Below, one piece after another: positions 46,049 to 55,289 of a stretch of 64,000 nt of DNA (positions are counted from its first letter, which is position 1; every line of letters begins with the position of its first letter). The notes under the pieces were generated by a model that saw only the letters and a list, made by a program, of their open reading frames with translations, was not told the DNA's origin and did no database searches. Both the position numbers and the translations under genes were made by a program. The DNA is from Brevinematales bacterium (GTDB lineage: Bacteria > Spirochaetota > Brevinematia > Brevinematales > GWF1-51-8): positions 23,992-87,991 of the forward strand of contig JABLXV010000007.1 in the NCBI GenBank assembly GCA_013177895.1. The letters run 5' to 3'.

Positions 46049-47263
46049 ATGCTATTCCTGAAGGCCGGAGCCGCGGTGTTATCGGGGAACCGTCTGGAAA
46101 TCCCCGCCGCTTCCGCCGCCCCCCTGATGGAGAAGCTCGGCAAAAACTCCCGCCTCGCCTATTTCGATTCGTCCCGTAAGGCCGCCGCGCTCCTCGAGAT
46201 CACCGATACGGATATCAGCCCCCGCCATGCCTATCTAACCGTTTCCCCGGTAAAGACTTATATTATATCCCCCCAGATCACCGACACCCTTTTTTCACGG
46301 CATACCGCGTTCACGTTCGATAAATCCTTCCTGAATAAACTCGTGCGCCTGAGCGATTCGTTGGAACTCCCGCCGGTATCGTTTTACTTCGCGCACGATA
46401 AGGACTCCCTGAGCGTCACCGTGTCCGACCCGATGAATACCCTGTACTCGCGGATCGTGCTTTCCCAGCGCGACCTTCGCGCATTCTCGGACGATATGAT
46501 CGGCATCCTCAACCGTATCAACCAGGAGCTCCGGGGAAATCCCGACCCGGACACCACGCGGCTCTTTTCGCCCCTGCAGAACGCGTTCGGGCGGCTCCCG
46601 CTCCCGTTCACTACCGATATCGCGTTCCGGCGTATAGACGCGTTCTACGAGGCCGACGCGGGCGGATTCTACCCGTTCCTGCCGCTCGAGACCGCGTTCC
46701 CGAACTGCTTCGTCCGTAACCTGCTTCCCGGCGAACGCGCGGCCTTCCAGAAAAAGAACCGCCGTTTCACCCTCGTGTACTCGCAGGACCTGAAGTTCGC
46801 TATGAAGGAGACCGGCGAGCTGATCGAGTACCTTCGCGGGTCGTATAAGCTGGAGAGTTACCCGGAGAACGCGTTCCGCGAATACCAGACTGAGCTGGAA
46901 TCGGCGAACTATTTTCACTTCAACGGGCACGGCGAAGTCCGCAACGGGCGGGGATGCCTGCTGTCCGGCGGGCATTGGACGGAACGTCTCGCCGATGTGA
47001 AAAACATGCGCCTCGCGGCGCTGAACTGCTGCCAGACCGGCTACCAGGCCGCCGGGATTGTCGAAAATCTCGTGCGTTCCGGCGCGCATTACGTGATCGC
47101 CTCCCCGTTCGATATCCCCGACGATACGGCGTACAATTTTTTGAAATTCTACCGCTGCTTCAATCCCGAAAACCCCGAACTCTCATACATCATTTCCTCG
47201 CTCATCGACCCGAAACTCCCGTTATTTTTCCGTTTATTTACATCATACACCAGTAAAATTTGA
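46049..47263 (+). CDS. CHAT-domain (caspase-fold) protease-like protein
   Basis: The ORF is 404 aa. The C-terminal region YFHFNGHGEV..(about 30 aa)..MRLAALNCCQTGYQ..GAHYVIASPFDIPDD matches the CHAT His/Cys dyad context (H.GHG ... L.aC.tg). Its start is 3 nt after the upstream stop. Confidence 0.6.
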   Translation: MLFLKAGAAVLSGNRLEIPAASAAPLMEKLGKNSRLAYFDSSRKAAALLEITDTDISPRHAYLTVSPVKTYIISPQITDTLFSRHTAFTFDKSFLNKLVRLSDSLELPPVSFYFAHDKDSLSVTVSDPMNTLYSRIVLSQRDLRAFSDDMIGILNRINQELRGNPDPDTTRLFSPLQNAFGRLPLPFTTDIAFRRIDAFYEADAGGFYPFLPLETAFPNCFVRNLLPGERAAFQKKNRRFTLVYSQDLKFAMKETGELIEYLRGSYKLESYPENAFREYQTELESANYFHFNGHGEVRNGRGCLLSGGHWTERLADVKNMRLAALNCCQTGYQAAGIVENLVRSGAHYVIASPFDIPDDTAYNFLKFYRCFNPENPELSYIISSLIDPKLPLFFRLFTSYTSKI

Positions 47264-47288
47264 CACGAAAAACGTTTCACGCTATACT
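47259..47288 (+). promoter_or_regulatory. Candidate sigma70 promoter for rpsB-tsf
   Basis: The sequence reads TTGACA (47259-47264), an 18-nt spacer, then TATACT (47283-47288). Confidence 0.5.
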
Positions 47289-47325
47289 AATAGGCTACAA
47301 ATACAGTTGGAGGTTTCATTTAATT

Positions 47326-48237
47326 ATGGCAAGCCTAATTTATGATGATAACAAGTTGATGAAGGCTTTATTGGAAGCCGGTGTCCATTTCGGTCATCAG
47401 ACGAAGATTTGGAACCCTAAGATGCGCCCCTATATCTATCAGAAACGCCATCACATCTATATAATAGATTTGCGTTATACGATGGAGAAGCTGAAAGAAT
47501 GCTACAACGCCATGAAGGAACTTGTCCTGAAGGGCGGCACCGTTCTTTTTGTCGGCACCAAGAAGCAGGCGCAGGGCGCTATCAAAGAAGAAGCGCTGCG
47601 CAGCGGAAGCGCGTATGTCAGCAAGCGCTGGCTCGGCGGTACGCTCACCAACTACGCGACCATCAAGCGCAGTGTGGACAAGCTGAAAAAGCTCGAGAAA
47701 AAGGTCGAAATGGACCGCGATAATATGATTAAAAAAGAACTCGTGCTGATCGAGAAGAATATCGAACGTACCCGCTCGTTCTACGACGGTATCCGCGATA
47801 TGAAGAAACTTCCCGATGCGTTATGGGTGGTCGACGCGAAACGCGAGATCAACGCGATACTCGAAGCCCGTAAGCTCGGTATTACCATCTTCGGTATCGC
47901 CGACACCAACTGCGATCCCGATATCATGGATCATATCGTGCCCGGTAACGACGACGCGATCCGCGCGGTCAAACTTCTGACCGAGATCATGGCCGACGCC
48001 GTCATCGAAGGTTCGACTGTCGCCGCGAAGCAGGATATGGATGTCGCTCCCGCTGAAGCCGCCGATGAAGCTAAAGAAACCGTAGCCCCCGCGGCCGTAG
48101 TCGCCGCTCCCGCTGTAGCGCCCGCCGGCGAGGCGATCTCCAGCGAGATGCCCGATTTCGTGGATGACGACGAGGCTGAAGAAGTCGCGGCGCTTACCGA
48201 CGATACCGAAGAAAATATTGACGAAGAAACCATATAG
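47326..48237 (+). CDS. rpsB: 30S ribosomal protein S2 with a C-terminal Ala/acidic extension of about 70 aa
   Basis: I chose the ATG at 47326, which follows GGAGG. The ORF-track start at 47260 looks like an extension. Motifs are LLEAGVHFGHQTKIWNPKM and VDAKREINAILEARKLGITIFGIADTNCDPD. Confidence 0.95.
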   Translation: MASLIYDDNKLMKALLEAGVHFGHQTKIWNPKMRPYIYQKRHHIYIIDLRYTMEKLKECYNAMKELVLKGGTVLFVGTKKQAQGAIKEEALRSGSAYVSKRWLGGTLTNYATIKRSVDKLKKLEKKVEMDRDNMIKKELVLIEKNIERTRSFYDGIRDMKKLPDALWVVDAKREINAILEARKLGITIFGIADTNCDPDIMDHIVPGNDDAIRAVKLLTEIMADAVIEGSTVAAKQDMDVAPAEAADEAKETVAPAAVVAAPAVAPAGEAISSEMPDFVDDDEAEEVAALTDDTEENIDEETI

Positions 48238-48272
48238 CAGTCTTTTGAACACAAGAAAAGGAGCTTAGTTAA

Positions 48273-49106
48273 ATGGATATTACGATGGATATGATAAAGG
48301 AACTGAAGGAACGTTCCGGCGCGGGTATAGTCGATTGTAAAAACGTACTGAAAGAAACTAACGGCAATATTGACGAAGCGGCGGATATACTCCGCAAGAA
48401 AGGTTTGAGTAAAGCGGATAAAAAAGCCGACCGTGTCGCCAAAGAAGGGCTGGTCGTGCATAAAATGTCCGCCGATAATAAAAGGGGCTTGGTAATCAAG
48501 CTGAACTGCGAGACCGATTTCGTAGCAAAGACGGAAAAATTCCAGAGTTTCTGCAGCGAAGCCGCGGATCTCGTTTTCAGCAAAAACTACCCGTTCTCCG
48601 CCGAACTTCCCGCCGATCTCGACGAGCTTCGCAGGAACACGGTCGCTAAGGTCGGGGAAAATATCCTCGTCTCGGAATGGGCTTATATCGACGCGAAAGG
48701 CGTGCTTTTCCCCTATATCCACCTCGCGAAAGTGGGCGTTATCGCCGATTTCATATTCGGTAAGGATATTTCCAAGGATGAAGATACCCAGCAGTTTATG
48801 AAGAATATTGCGATGCAGATTACCGCGATGAAACCTCTCGGCGTTACCGCTGAGGATATTCCCGCGGAACTGGTCGCTAAAGAGAAAGAGATATATATGG
48901 AAGAAGCCCGCGCGACGGGGAAACCCGAGCCGGTAATAGAAAAGATCGCCGAAGGGAAATTGAAGAAGTTTTTCGAGGAAGCAGTGCTTCTCGAACAGTT
49001 CTATATTCTCGACGAAGAGAAGAGAATTAAGGACCTCGTGGCCGAGTTCTCCAAATCCAAGGGCGTCGATGTTAAAGTCGCTTCTTTCATCAGAATAAAC
49101 CTTTAA
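48273..49106 (+). CDS. tsf: Elongation factor Ts
   Basis: The ORF is 277 aa. It reads IKELKERSGAGIVDCKNVLKETNGNIDEAADILRKKG, and its C-terminus is FIRINL. Confidence 0.95.
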   Translation: MDITMDMIKELKERSGAGIVDCKNVLKETNGNIDEAADILRKKGLSKADKKADRVAKEGLVVHKMSADNKRGLVIKLNCETDFVAKTEKFQSFCSEAADLVFSKNYPFSAELPADLDELRRNTVAKVGENILVSEWAYIDAKGVLFPYIHLAKVGVIADFIFGKDISKDEDTQQFMKNIAMQITAMKPLGVTAEDIPAELVAKEKEIYMEEARATGKPEPVIEKIAEGKLKKFFEEAVLLEQFYILDEEKRIKDLVAEFSKSKGVDVKVASFIRINL

Positions 49107-49113
49107 GCAATAG

Positions 49114-49139
49114 TCCCCTCTTTGGAGGGGATTTTTTTT
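49114..49139 (+). terminator. Rho-independent terminator after tsf
   Basis: The stem tcccctc / gagggga encloses the loop tttg and is followed by an 8-nt T-run. Confidence 0.8.
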
Positions 49140-49180
49140 GCTCTTGCCAGTTCGAATAATAATAAAGGTGGGAGCCATCC

Positions 49181-49882
49181 ATGTATAATCGCGTATTGGT
49201 AAAAGTCAGCGGCGAAGTATTCGGGGGAGGCCGTCATGGTCTCGATTACGACGCCGTCACAAAAGTCGCTTATCAAATCTCGCAAGCTAAGGAACTCGGC
49301 GTCGAAATCGGCGTAGTGGTCGGGGGCGGAAATATTATCCGCGGTATCGACGCGCAGACTCACGGGGTCGAACGCGCCACGGCGGACTATATGGGAATGC
49401 TCGCGACCGTGATCAACGCGCTCGCGCTCCAGTCGATGCTCGAGCAGAAATTCGGCTACGATGTACGTACCCAGACCGCCGTACCCGTGCACGCGGTCGC
49501 GGAGGATTTTATCCAACGGGTCGCTATCGGCCATCTCGAGAAGAAACGTATCGTTATCTTCGCGGGCGGTACCGGCAACCCGTTCTTTTCCACCGACACC
49601 GCCGCCGTGCTCCGCGCTATCGAGATCAACGCCGATATTATGATCAAGGCTACCAAGGTGGACGGCGTGTACGACAAAGACCCCAAGAAGCATTCCGACG
49701 CGGTCAAGTACGACGAGCTTTCTTATATGTCGGTACTCAAACAGCAGTTGAAGGTGCTGGACGCGACCGCAATCAGCCTGTGTATGGACAATAACCTGCC
49801 GGTTCAGGTGCTCGATATATTCGAGGAAGGTAATATCCGCCATGCTATCGAGGGCAAGCCTGTCGGCACGATGATCAGGTAA
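49181..49882 (+). CDS. pyrH: UMP kinase
   Basis: The ORF is 233 aa. Motifs are VLVKVSGE, VVGGGNIIRG, GMLATVINALAL, FAGGTGNPFFSTDTAA and KATKVDGVYDKDP. Confidence 0.95.
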   Translation: MYNRVLVKVSGEVFGGGRHGLDYDAVTKVAYQISQAKELGVEIGVVVGGGNIIRGIDAQTHGVERATADYMGMLATVINALALQSMLEQKFGYDVRTQTAVPVHAVAEDFIQRVAIGHLEKKRIVIFAGGTGNPFFSTDTAAVLRAIEINADIMIKATKVDGVYDKDPKKHSDAVKYDELSYMSVLKQQLKVLDATAISLCMDNNLPVQVLDIFEEGNIRHAIEGKPVGTMIR

Positions 49883-49883
49883 T

Positions 49884-50441
49884 ATGAAGATCACATCCGG
49901 CGAATTCAAGGGGAGGAATCTCCTGGTACCCGAGCGCGGGGTCAAACCCACGTCGGAGAAAGTCCGCCAGGCGGTCATCAGTATCCTCCGCCCGCATCTT
50001 TCCGGCGCGTCCATGCTCGACCTCTACTGCGGCACGGGCGCGGTGGGTATCGAGGCTCTTTCCAACGGAGCGGCGGCGTGCTGTTTCATCGACCACACCT
50101 ATAAAATGATGTCCGTCCTGAAGAAAAATCTCGAAACCATTGTCGGCGACCGTTCGCGCTACCGTGTCATCAAGCATAACGCGTCGATGATCGCCGAAGC
50201 GTTCGCGGGCGACACGGAACCGCCCCGTTTCGATATCGTGTTCGCCGACCCGTTCTACGACGATACCCGTTACGTTTTCGAACGCATCTACGAGGGCGTA
50301 TTTCCTCTCCTCAATCCCGGCGGTATTTTCATTATCGAGCACGGCGAGCGGCTCGACCTGAACGATTATCCCGATTTCTCGGAGACCCGGCATTACGGCG
50401 ACACCTATCTTTCATTATTTATTAAAGACGGCGGTAACTGA
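49884..50441 (+). CDS. rsmD: 16S rRNA (guanine966-N2)-methyltransferase
   Basis: The ORF is 185 aa. Motifs are KITSGEFKGRNL, PTSEKVRQAV, DLYCGTGAVGIEALSNGA and FADPFY. Confidence 0.85.
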   Translation: MKITSGEFKGRNLLVPERGVKPTSEKVRQAVISILRPHLSGASMLDLYCGTGAVGIEALSNGAAACCFIDHTYKMMSVLKKNLETIVGDRSRYRVIKHNASMIAEAFAGDTEPPRFDIVFADPFYDDTRYVFERIYEGVFPLLNPGGIFIIEHGERLDLNDYPDFSETRHYGDTYLSLFIKDGGN

Positions 50442-51154
50442 TGAATATATTGGGATTCGATACATCGGCCGCGGCATATTCGACTGTCGGGGTGTTGAAC
50501 GGACGGGGCGAGTTTTTCGGGATGCCCCCGCAAAGCGGGGGAAGTTCCGAGGAACGCCTGATGGACACCGTGCGCGCGGTAATCGAACTCGCGGGGATGA
50601 CATTCGACGATATCGGGCTGATCGGGGCGGGCATAGGCCCCGGCTCGTTCACCGGGATACGGATAGGCATATCCGCCGCGCGCAGCCTCGCATGGGCGTC
50701 GGGGAAGCCCCTGATCGGCGTCAGCTCCCTCGAACTGCTCGCGCGTTCGGTACGGACGCCGCGCGCCGGAGCGGTATGCGCGGTCACAGACGCGCGGATG
50801 AAGCGGGTGTTCGCGGCGGTATTCCGCGGCGGGGTACGCATTATGGAGGACTCCGATATCGAGCCGGAACGTCTCGCGGAGACGCTTCGCGCGCTTCCCG
50901 ATAGGGAGATCCTGCTCGCGGGAGACGGCCTGACCCGTTATGGGGACATATTCGCGGCAATCGGCGGAAAGGAAGTCACGCTCGCCCCGGACGCGCGTAT
51001 CGGCGCGGAGGCTATCTGCCGGACTGCTATGGAACGGTTTGACGCGGGGGATAACGGGGATTTTCATAAGGCCGAGCCGGTGTACCTTCGGAAGAGCGAA
51101 GCGGAGAATTTGTGGGCTGCCGCGCAGACTAATCCCGATAATAAGGTGAAATAA
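50441..51154 (+). CDS. tsaB: tRNA threonylcarbamoyladenosine biosynthesis protein TsaB
   Basis: The ORF is 237 aa. Motifs are ILGFDTS and IGPGSFTGIRIGISAARSLA. Its start overlaps the rsmD stop. Confidence 0.85.
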   Translation: MNILGFDTSAAAYSTVGVLNGRGEFFGMPPQSGGSSEERLMDTVRAVIELAGMTFDDIGLIGAGIGPGSFTGIRIGISAARSLAWASGKPLIGVSSLELLARSVRTPRAGAVCAVTDARMKRVFAAVFRGGVRIMEDSDIEPERLAETLRALPDREILLAGDGLTRYGDIFAAIGGKEVTLAPDARIGAEAICRTAMERFDAGDNGDFHKAEPVYLRKSEAENLWAAAQTNPDNKVK

Positions 51155-51219
51155 CAATACAGGCGTCTGCCCGCGGTTAAGCAGTGATAAAAGATAACGC
51201 GAGGTACAACAATAAATCA

Positions 51220-51241
51220 GAGCCGCCTTTAACGGCGGCTC
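51220..51241. terminator. Possible bidirectional terminator hairpin between convergent genes
   Basis: The 8-bp stem gagccgcc / ggcggctc encloses the loop tttaac. Both flanks are A/T-rich. Confidence 0.5.
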
Positions 51242-51274
51242 CATCTATTTTAAACGGCTCTGTTCGATTTGGCG

Positions 51275-52228
51275 CTAGTTCGTTCCGTTCATACCGTTAT
51301 AAGGAATCATTTCCTTCTTTTCCAGTTCCATTCTATACTTTTCCTGCTCGTAGAGGATAATATCTTCCGTCAGCATCTTGTTCTCAGCAGCCTGCGCCTT
51401 CTGGCCCTTCAGGGTGATAATGCCCCATACGGATTCGTCGTTGATATCCTGCGAGACCTCGTCGTCCACAATATAGGGGGTATAGCTCATCTCGACGTTA
51501 TGGATATAAGTCACGAAATCCCCGCCTACCTCGCTGCCGAGACGGTAAATGACAATCGAGTTAAATACGTAGAACGGGATATCCTTCGGGTACAACGGTA
51601 TCTTTTTCAGCGACTTGGCGTACATTTTATCCGTGAAATTGGGGTTTACCCATGTCAGCTTACGCCACCCGTTGAAGAATAGGGAACCGAAGTAGATTTC
51701 CGTCATATTCTTATCGCGGTCGGTAAGACGCAGGGAGAGCATGTTATTGTAGTTACGGCCGTTTACCCAGATGGATATCGCCTTGATTTCCCACGCGTTG
51801 GGCATCACCCCATTCTCGGCGTTGGCAAACGACCCCTGATCGTTATACACCTTTACCGGGAACGGCGGCTTGATGACGGCGTAGCAGTTGTTATTCCATG
51901 TGGGGAAGTGAACGCGAACGCCCATTATCAGCCCGAATTTTTTACTATCGACAGGCTTTATATAACTGAGTACACGATTCTCGAGAAAAGCCGCCGATTC
52001 ATTCAGTTCAACCACCCAGTTCGAGAGTAAAAAGTCCTCATATCCCAATACCGCTTTCGGAACGCCGTCGATATTGGTAATATAAGTCTTCTTAGGATCC
52101 GGGAACTGCTCCATGATTTTCTTGTCGTACTGCCCGAATTCTATGAAGGTTCTCGTAATAACACCGAACATGCCATCCGCGAAGATCGTGAATATCAGCG
52201 CGAAAATAATTCCATAGACCCATCTCAT
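51275..52228 (-). CDS. FlaA-like protein (flagellar filament outer layer protein family, spirochaete-type)
   Basis: I chose the ATG at 52228, which follows AAGGAG. The ORF-track GTG at 52252 lies upstream. A signal or anchor is present (MRWVYGIIFALIFTIF). The segments GVRVHFP.., IKAISIWVNGRNYNNMLSLRLTDRD..GSLFFNGWRKLTWVNPNF..IPLYP..GGDFVTYIHNVEMSY match my recollection of PF04620-type FlaA proteins. Confidence 0.5.
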   Translation of the reverse strand: MRWVYGIIFALIFTIFADGMFGVITRTFIEFGQYDKKIMEQFPDPKKTYITNIDGVPKAVLGYEDFLLSNWVVELNESAAFLENRVLSYIKPVDSKKFGLIMGVRVHFPTWNNNCYAVIKPPFPVKVYNDQGSFANAENGVMPNAWEIKAISIWVNGRNYNNMLSLRLTDRDKNMTEIYFGSLFFNGWRKLTWVNPNFTDKMYAKSLKKIPLYPKDIPFYVFNSIVIYRLGSEVGGDFVTYIHNVEMSYTPYIVDDEVSQDINDESVWGIITLKGQKAQAAENKMLTEDIILYEQEKYRMELEKKEMIPYNGMNGTN

Positions 52229-52380
52229 ATTCCTCTCCTTCTGCACCATCACTTTTACAATTTATAGAATCGGAATAATATGAAAACACATTAGGATTTA
52301 TGCTAAAATTTATCGCGCGTGTCATTCAGTTCAGTAAAGATTCTACTATAGTACACTAAGAGAATTGTTTCTAACGATTT

Positions 52381-53124
52381 TTAGACAGGTTCTTCCGCGG
52401 GGTTTTTACCGCCGTTTGAAGATGGACAAAGCTTTTTCAGGACGCATAACTCACAGCGGGGCTTGTTTTTACAGACATCCTTCCCCTGCTCGACTATCAG
52501 CGCGTGAAACTCCCGGTACAGCAGGATATCGTTATCGGTATACTTTTCAAAATACGCGCGTATCGTATCGTACTCCGCGTCCTTATCGACCGCCCCCATC
52601 CGTGAGAATATCCGCCGCGTGTACGCGTCCACCACGAATACCGGCATCCCCAGCCCGTAGAGCAGGATGGAGTCGGCGGTCTCCTTACCCACACCCCACA
52701 CGGACAGCAGGGATTCCCGCGCCTGCTCGAGCGGAAGCTCCGCGAGGCGGGACAGTTTCCCCTTTAGCTCCGTATCGATATAGAGGTTCAGCGCCTTCAG
52801 TTTCTTCGCCTTCTGGTTGAAGTATCCCGACGGTTTGACCATCTCCGCGAGCGCGTCCGGCGGGGTAACGGCTATCCCCCTCCGGCTCAACACCTTCGCG
52901 CGCTTGAGGTTATCGATCGCGAGCACGACATTCCCCCACGCGGTATTCTGGGTGAGGATCGCCCCGACCGCGATCTCGAATATCTCAGCGGGAGTCCGTT
53001 GGCGGACAAGGTATTCCGGCAGATAGTGCGGGCGGGCGTTCTTCACGATCGGCCACCAGTTCCGTGGGCCGAAATGTTTCAATAGGAGGGCGTATGTTCT
53101 ATCGAGGAGCGCGCGGGGCTTCAT
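52381..53124 (-). CDS. Endonuclease III-related HhH-GPD protein with a C-terminal Fe-S Cys cluster
   Basis: I prefer the ATG at 53124 (MKPRALLDRTY..). The ORF-track start is 53193. Motifs are AILTQNTAWGNV, SVWGVGKETADSILLYG and CKNKPRCELCVLKKLC. Confidence 0.8.
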   Translation of the reverse strand: MKPRALLDRTYALLLKHFGPRNWWPIVKNARPHYLPEYLVRQRTPAEIFEIAVGAILTQNTAWGNVVLAIDNLKRAKVLSRRGIAVTPPDALAEMVKPSGYFNQKAKKLKALNLYIDTELKGKLSRLAELPLEQARESLLSVWGVGKETADSILLYGLGMPVFVVDAYTRRIFSRMGAVDKDAEYDTIRAYFEKYTDNDILLYREFHALIVEQGKDVCKNKPRCELCVLKKLCPSSNGGKNPAEEPV

Positions 53125-53219
53125 GGGATTTCTCTCGGGTTTTCTAATATAATAGCGAAATAAGCGCGGAAAGGCAAGAAAAAGGGCTGCCACCGCGTGG
53201 GGATACGATCACACATAAT

Positions 53220-53265
53220 AAAAAACCCGTGCTCGAGCGTCGATAAAAACCGCTCCCTGCACGGG
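53220..53265 (-). terminator. Intrinsic terminator after the EEP gene (minus strand)
   Basis: The minus strand reads cccgtgcagggagcg...cgctcgagcacggg, with nested stems, followed by TTTTTT. Confidence 0.55.
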
Positions 53266-53289
53266 CTGTATTATTTGAATTGATATCCG

Positions 53290-54561
53290 CTAATTCATCC
53301 GTATCCGGGTCACTACCCCGTAATGGTCGGAAACCACTCCCAGTACCGACGGGGTGAATATAATCTGAGATGTCACCACCTGGTAGGCGGAATTGGTTTT
53401 CATAAAGATGTAGTCGATTCTGCCGGGGAAGTCGCCAAGGATAGTGTAATGCTGTGAGAGGGCGGGTTTATTATTCGCAGTAGGATTGACGTTAAAATAG
53501 GTATCCACATACTCGCCGGAATTTACCATTGCGAAATATCCCTCGCTCCACGGCGCGTCCGACGTCGGATTGACATTATAGTCCCCGCAAACTAATGTCA
53601 GAACCGGAGCCCCAACGTTAGTCTCTTTGGTGTTTACCAATGTTTTTAAATTAGCTATAGAAGGTAACTGGGATAAGGTCGCTTCTCTCCAGTATAAATG
53701 GGTCGAGAAGAAATTAATTTTTCCGAAAACGGGATAATTCAGCTCCGAGTAAATCACCTTCCGTGACTTTATACTAGAGGTCGATGTATCGGAAGTAATA
53801 TATATATTAACAGACGATAACGGCGGTGTTTTAGACAGACATGCGATACCCTCTTCCCAAACACTCCATCCGTAATGCGCCCAGTCCCAGACATAATAAT
53901 AATCCAGCCCATAGTATTCTTTTAGCCTTTTTATAATTATATATGCCATATTATCGACACGGATATTATTCGTCAGAATAGCGCTGGTGTTTTTCTGCGC
54001 GCATTCCTGCAACGCGACCAGATCGACGTCCAATTTAGCTATTAAATCGACAATCATATCAAACTTCGCATCCTGACCGGTTTCCTGATAGGTATGCATA
54101 TTTAATGTGAGAATTACCAATTCATTGGTCGGTTTACTATTCAGATCGGGATTATAGGAATACTTCAATGTATCCTGAGTAGTGATATTGACCACTCCTG
54201 CGTCCGCAGCGGGAAGCATGGGCTTAGTATAACCGATATAGTAATCTCCTACGATGTCACCAGTATCTTCATAACAAACCACCCGATAAAAGTTTGTTAC
54301 ACCTGCGGTCAATTCGGAATGAAAATAGGAGCGATTTGTGGAATTCGTAATAAGAAAAGCACTGCTCATATTATTCGTCGAACAATACAATCCATAACTA
54401 ACAGCGCCGCTTACTTGATCCCATTCGATAAATACACTATTTGTCATTATTCCGCTTTTAATCTGCAGGATAGCTTTTTCGGGTATATCCTGCACAACGG
54501 GAGGTTCCGCGCACCCGGACAAAATTAAAACCGAAAACATAAACAGAATGTATCCTTTCAT
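53290..54561 (-). CDS. Endonuclease/exonuclease/phosphatase (EEP) family lipoprotein with an N-terminal Fn3-like domain
   Basis: I chose the ATG at 54561, which follows GGAGG. The ORF-track GTG at 54573 lies upstream. It has the lipobox VLILSGC and an Fn3-like stretch (VFIEWDQVSGAVSYGLY). EEP motifs are VILTLNMHTYQE, DLVALQECAQ and VVSDHYGV. Confidence 0.75.
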   Translation of the reverse strand: MKGYILFMFSVLILSGCAEPPVVQDIPEKAILQIKSGIMTNSVFIEWDQVSGAVSYGLYCSTNNMSSAFLITNSTNRSYFHSELTAGVTNFYRVVCYEDTGDIVGDYYIGYTKPMLPAADAGVVNITTQDTLKYSYNPDLNSKPTNELVILTLNMHTYQETGQDAKFDMIVDLIAKLDVDLVALQECAQKNTSAILTNNIRVDNMAYIIIKRLKEYYGLDYYYVWDWAHYGWSVWEEGIACLSKTPPLSSVNIYITSDTSTSSIKSRKVIYSELNYPVFGKINFFSTHLYWREATLSQLPSIANLKTLVNTKETNVGAPVLTLVCGDYNVNPTSDAPWSEGYFAMVNSGEYVDTYFNVNPTANNKPALSQHYTILGDFPGRIDYIFMKTNSAYQVVTSQIIFTPSVLGVVSDHYGVVTRIRMN

Positions 54562-54676
54562 CTGAACCTCCACCCCTTTGGGAATTATTTTGATTATTCC
54601 TCTTATTCTAACTCAAAAATTGAAAAAGAACAAAAAAGATACTTTATATAAAACTAATTTACAAGTACAATAAAAA

Positions 54677-55141
54677 TTACTTACTTTCCGGTAATTGAAA
54701 GTTATCGAATTTCGGATCGCTGAAATTTGTTTCGTTGATATTAAACTCACCATAGAGCAGGAATATTTTCTGCGCGTTCTTCTGATACTCGTCTAACGAT
54801 TTTACCGCTGCCAATGCCGCCATCGGGTCAAATTTATTTTTCGCGGCCGTCATCTGCTCCCTATTCTTCTGGTTAAATATTTCGCTTTTCTTATAGAGCG
54901 TATCGTCCACCGCTATCTTCTGTTTCAGGTAATCCTGAAAATTAGCGGAGGATTTTTTTATCGCTATTAGATTCGAAAGCGCCTCGCGGAATATATCCGT
55001 CTGGTATACAATAAGGGTTTTTATATTTTCCGTATACTCCTTCAAATCAACCGGTTCTTTCATTTTTTCAATCTTTTGCGCGGTGGTCTCCGCCGCACAG
55101 GACATTAATAATAACATAAATACAGGAAAAATCTTTCTCAT
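54677..55141 (-). CDS. Hypothetical lipoprotein
   Basis: The ORF is 154 aa with AGGAG upstream and the lipobox MLLLMSC. It is helical and Lys-rich, and the gene is AT-rich. Confidence 0.55.
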   Translation of the reverse strand: MRKIFPVFMLLLMSCAAETTAQKIEKMKEPVDLKEYTENIKTLIVYQTDIFREALSNLIAIKKSSANFQDYLKQKIAVDDTLYKKSEIFNQKNREQMTAAKNKFDPMAALAAVKSLDEYQKNAQKIFLLYGEFNINETNFSDPKFDNFQLPESK

Positions 55142-55289
55142 AAAAATCTCCTTACGATATCAGTAGGATTATTATACAGGCTGAATTTAAAATGTCAATT
55201 GTTTAAGGGAAAGACGCCGGAGAAAACATCATGGGCAGTTCTAATAGCTCAATAAAAATGCCAAAATTACTAAATATTTAGATACCCCT

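Noticed and set aside
47931-49178. A 415-aa ORF lies antisense to rpsB and tsf.
   Set aside because: The opposite strand encodes clear S2 and EF-Ts proteins. The antisense translation has no motifs and ends in a poly-Ala/Ser tail mirroring the S2 acidic extension.
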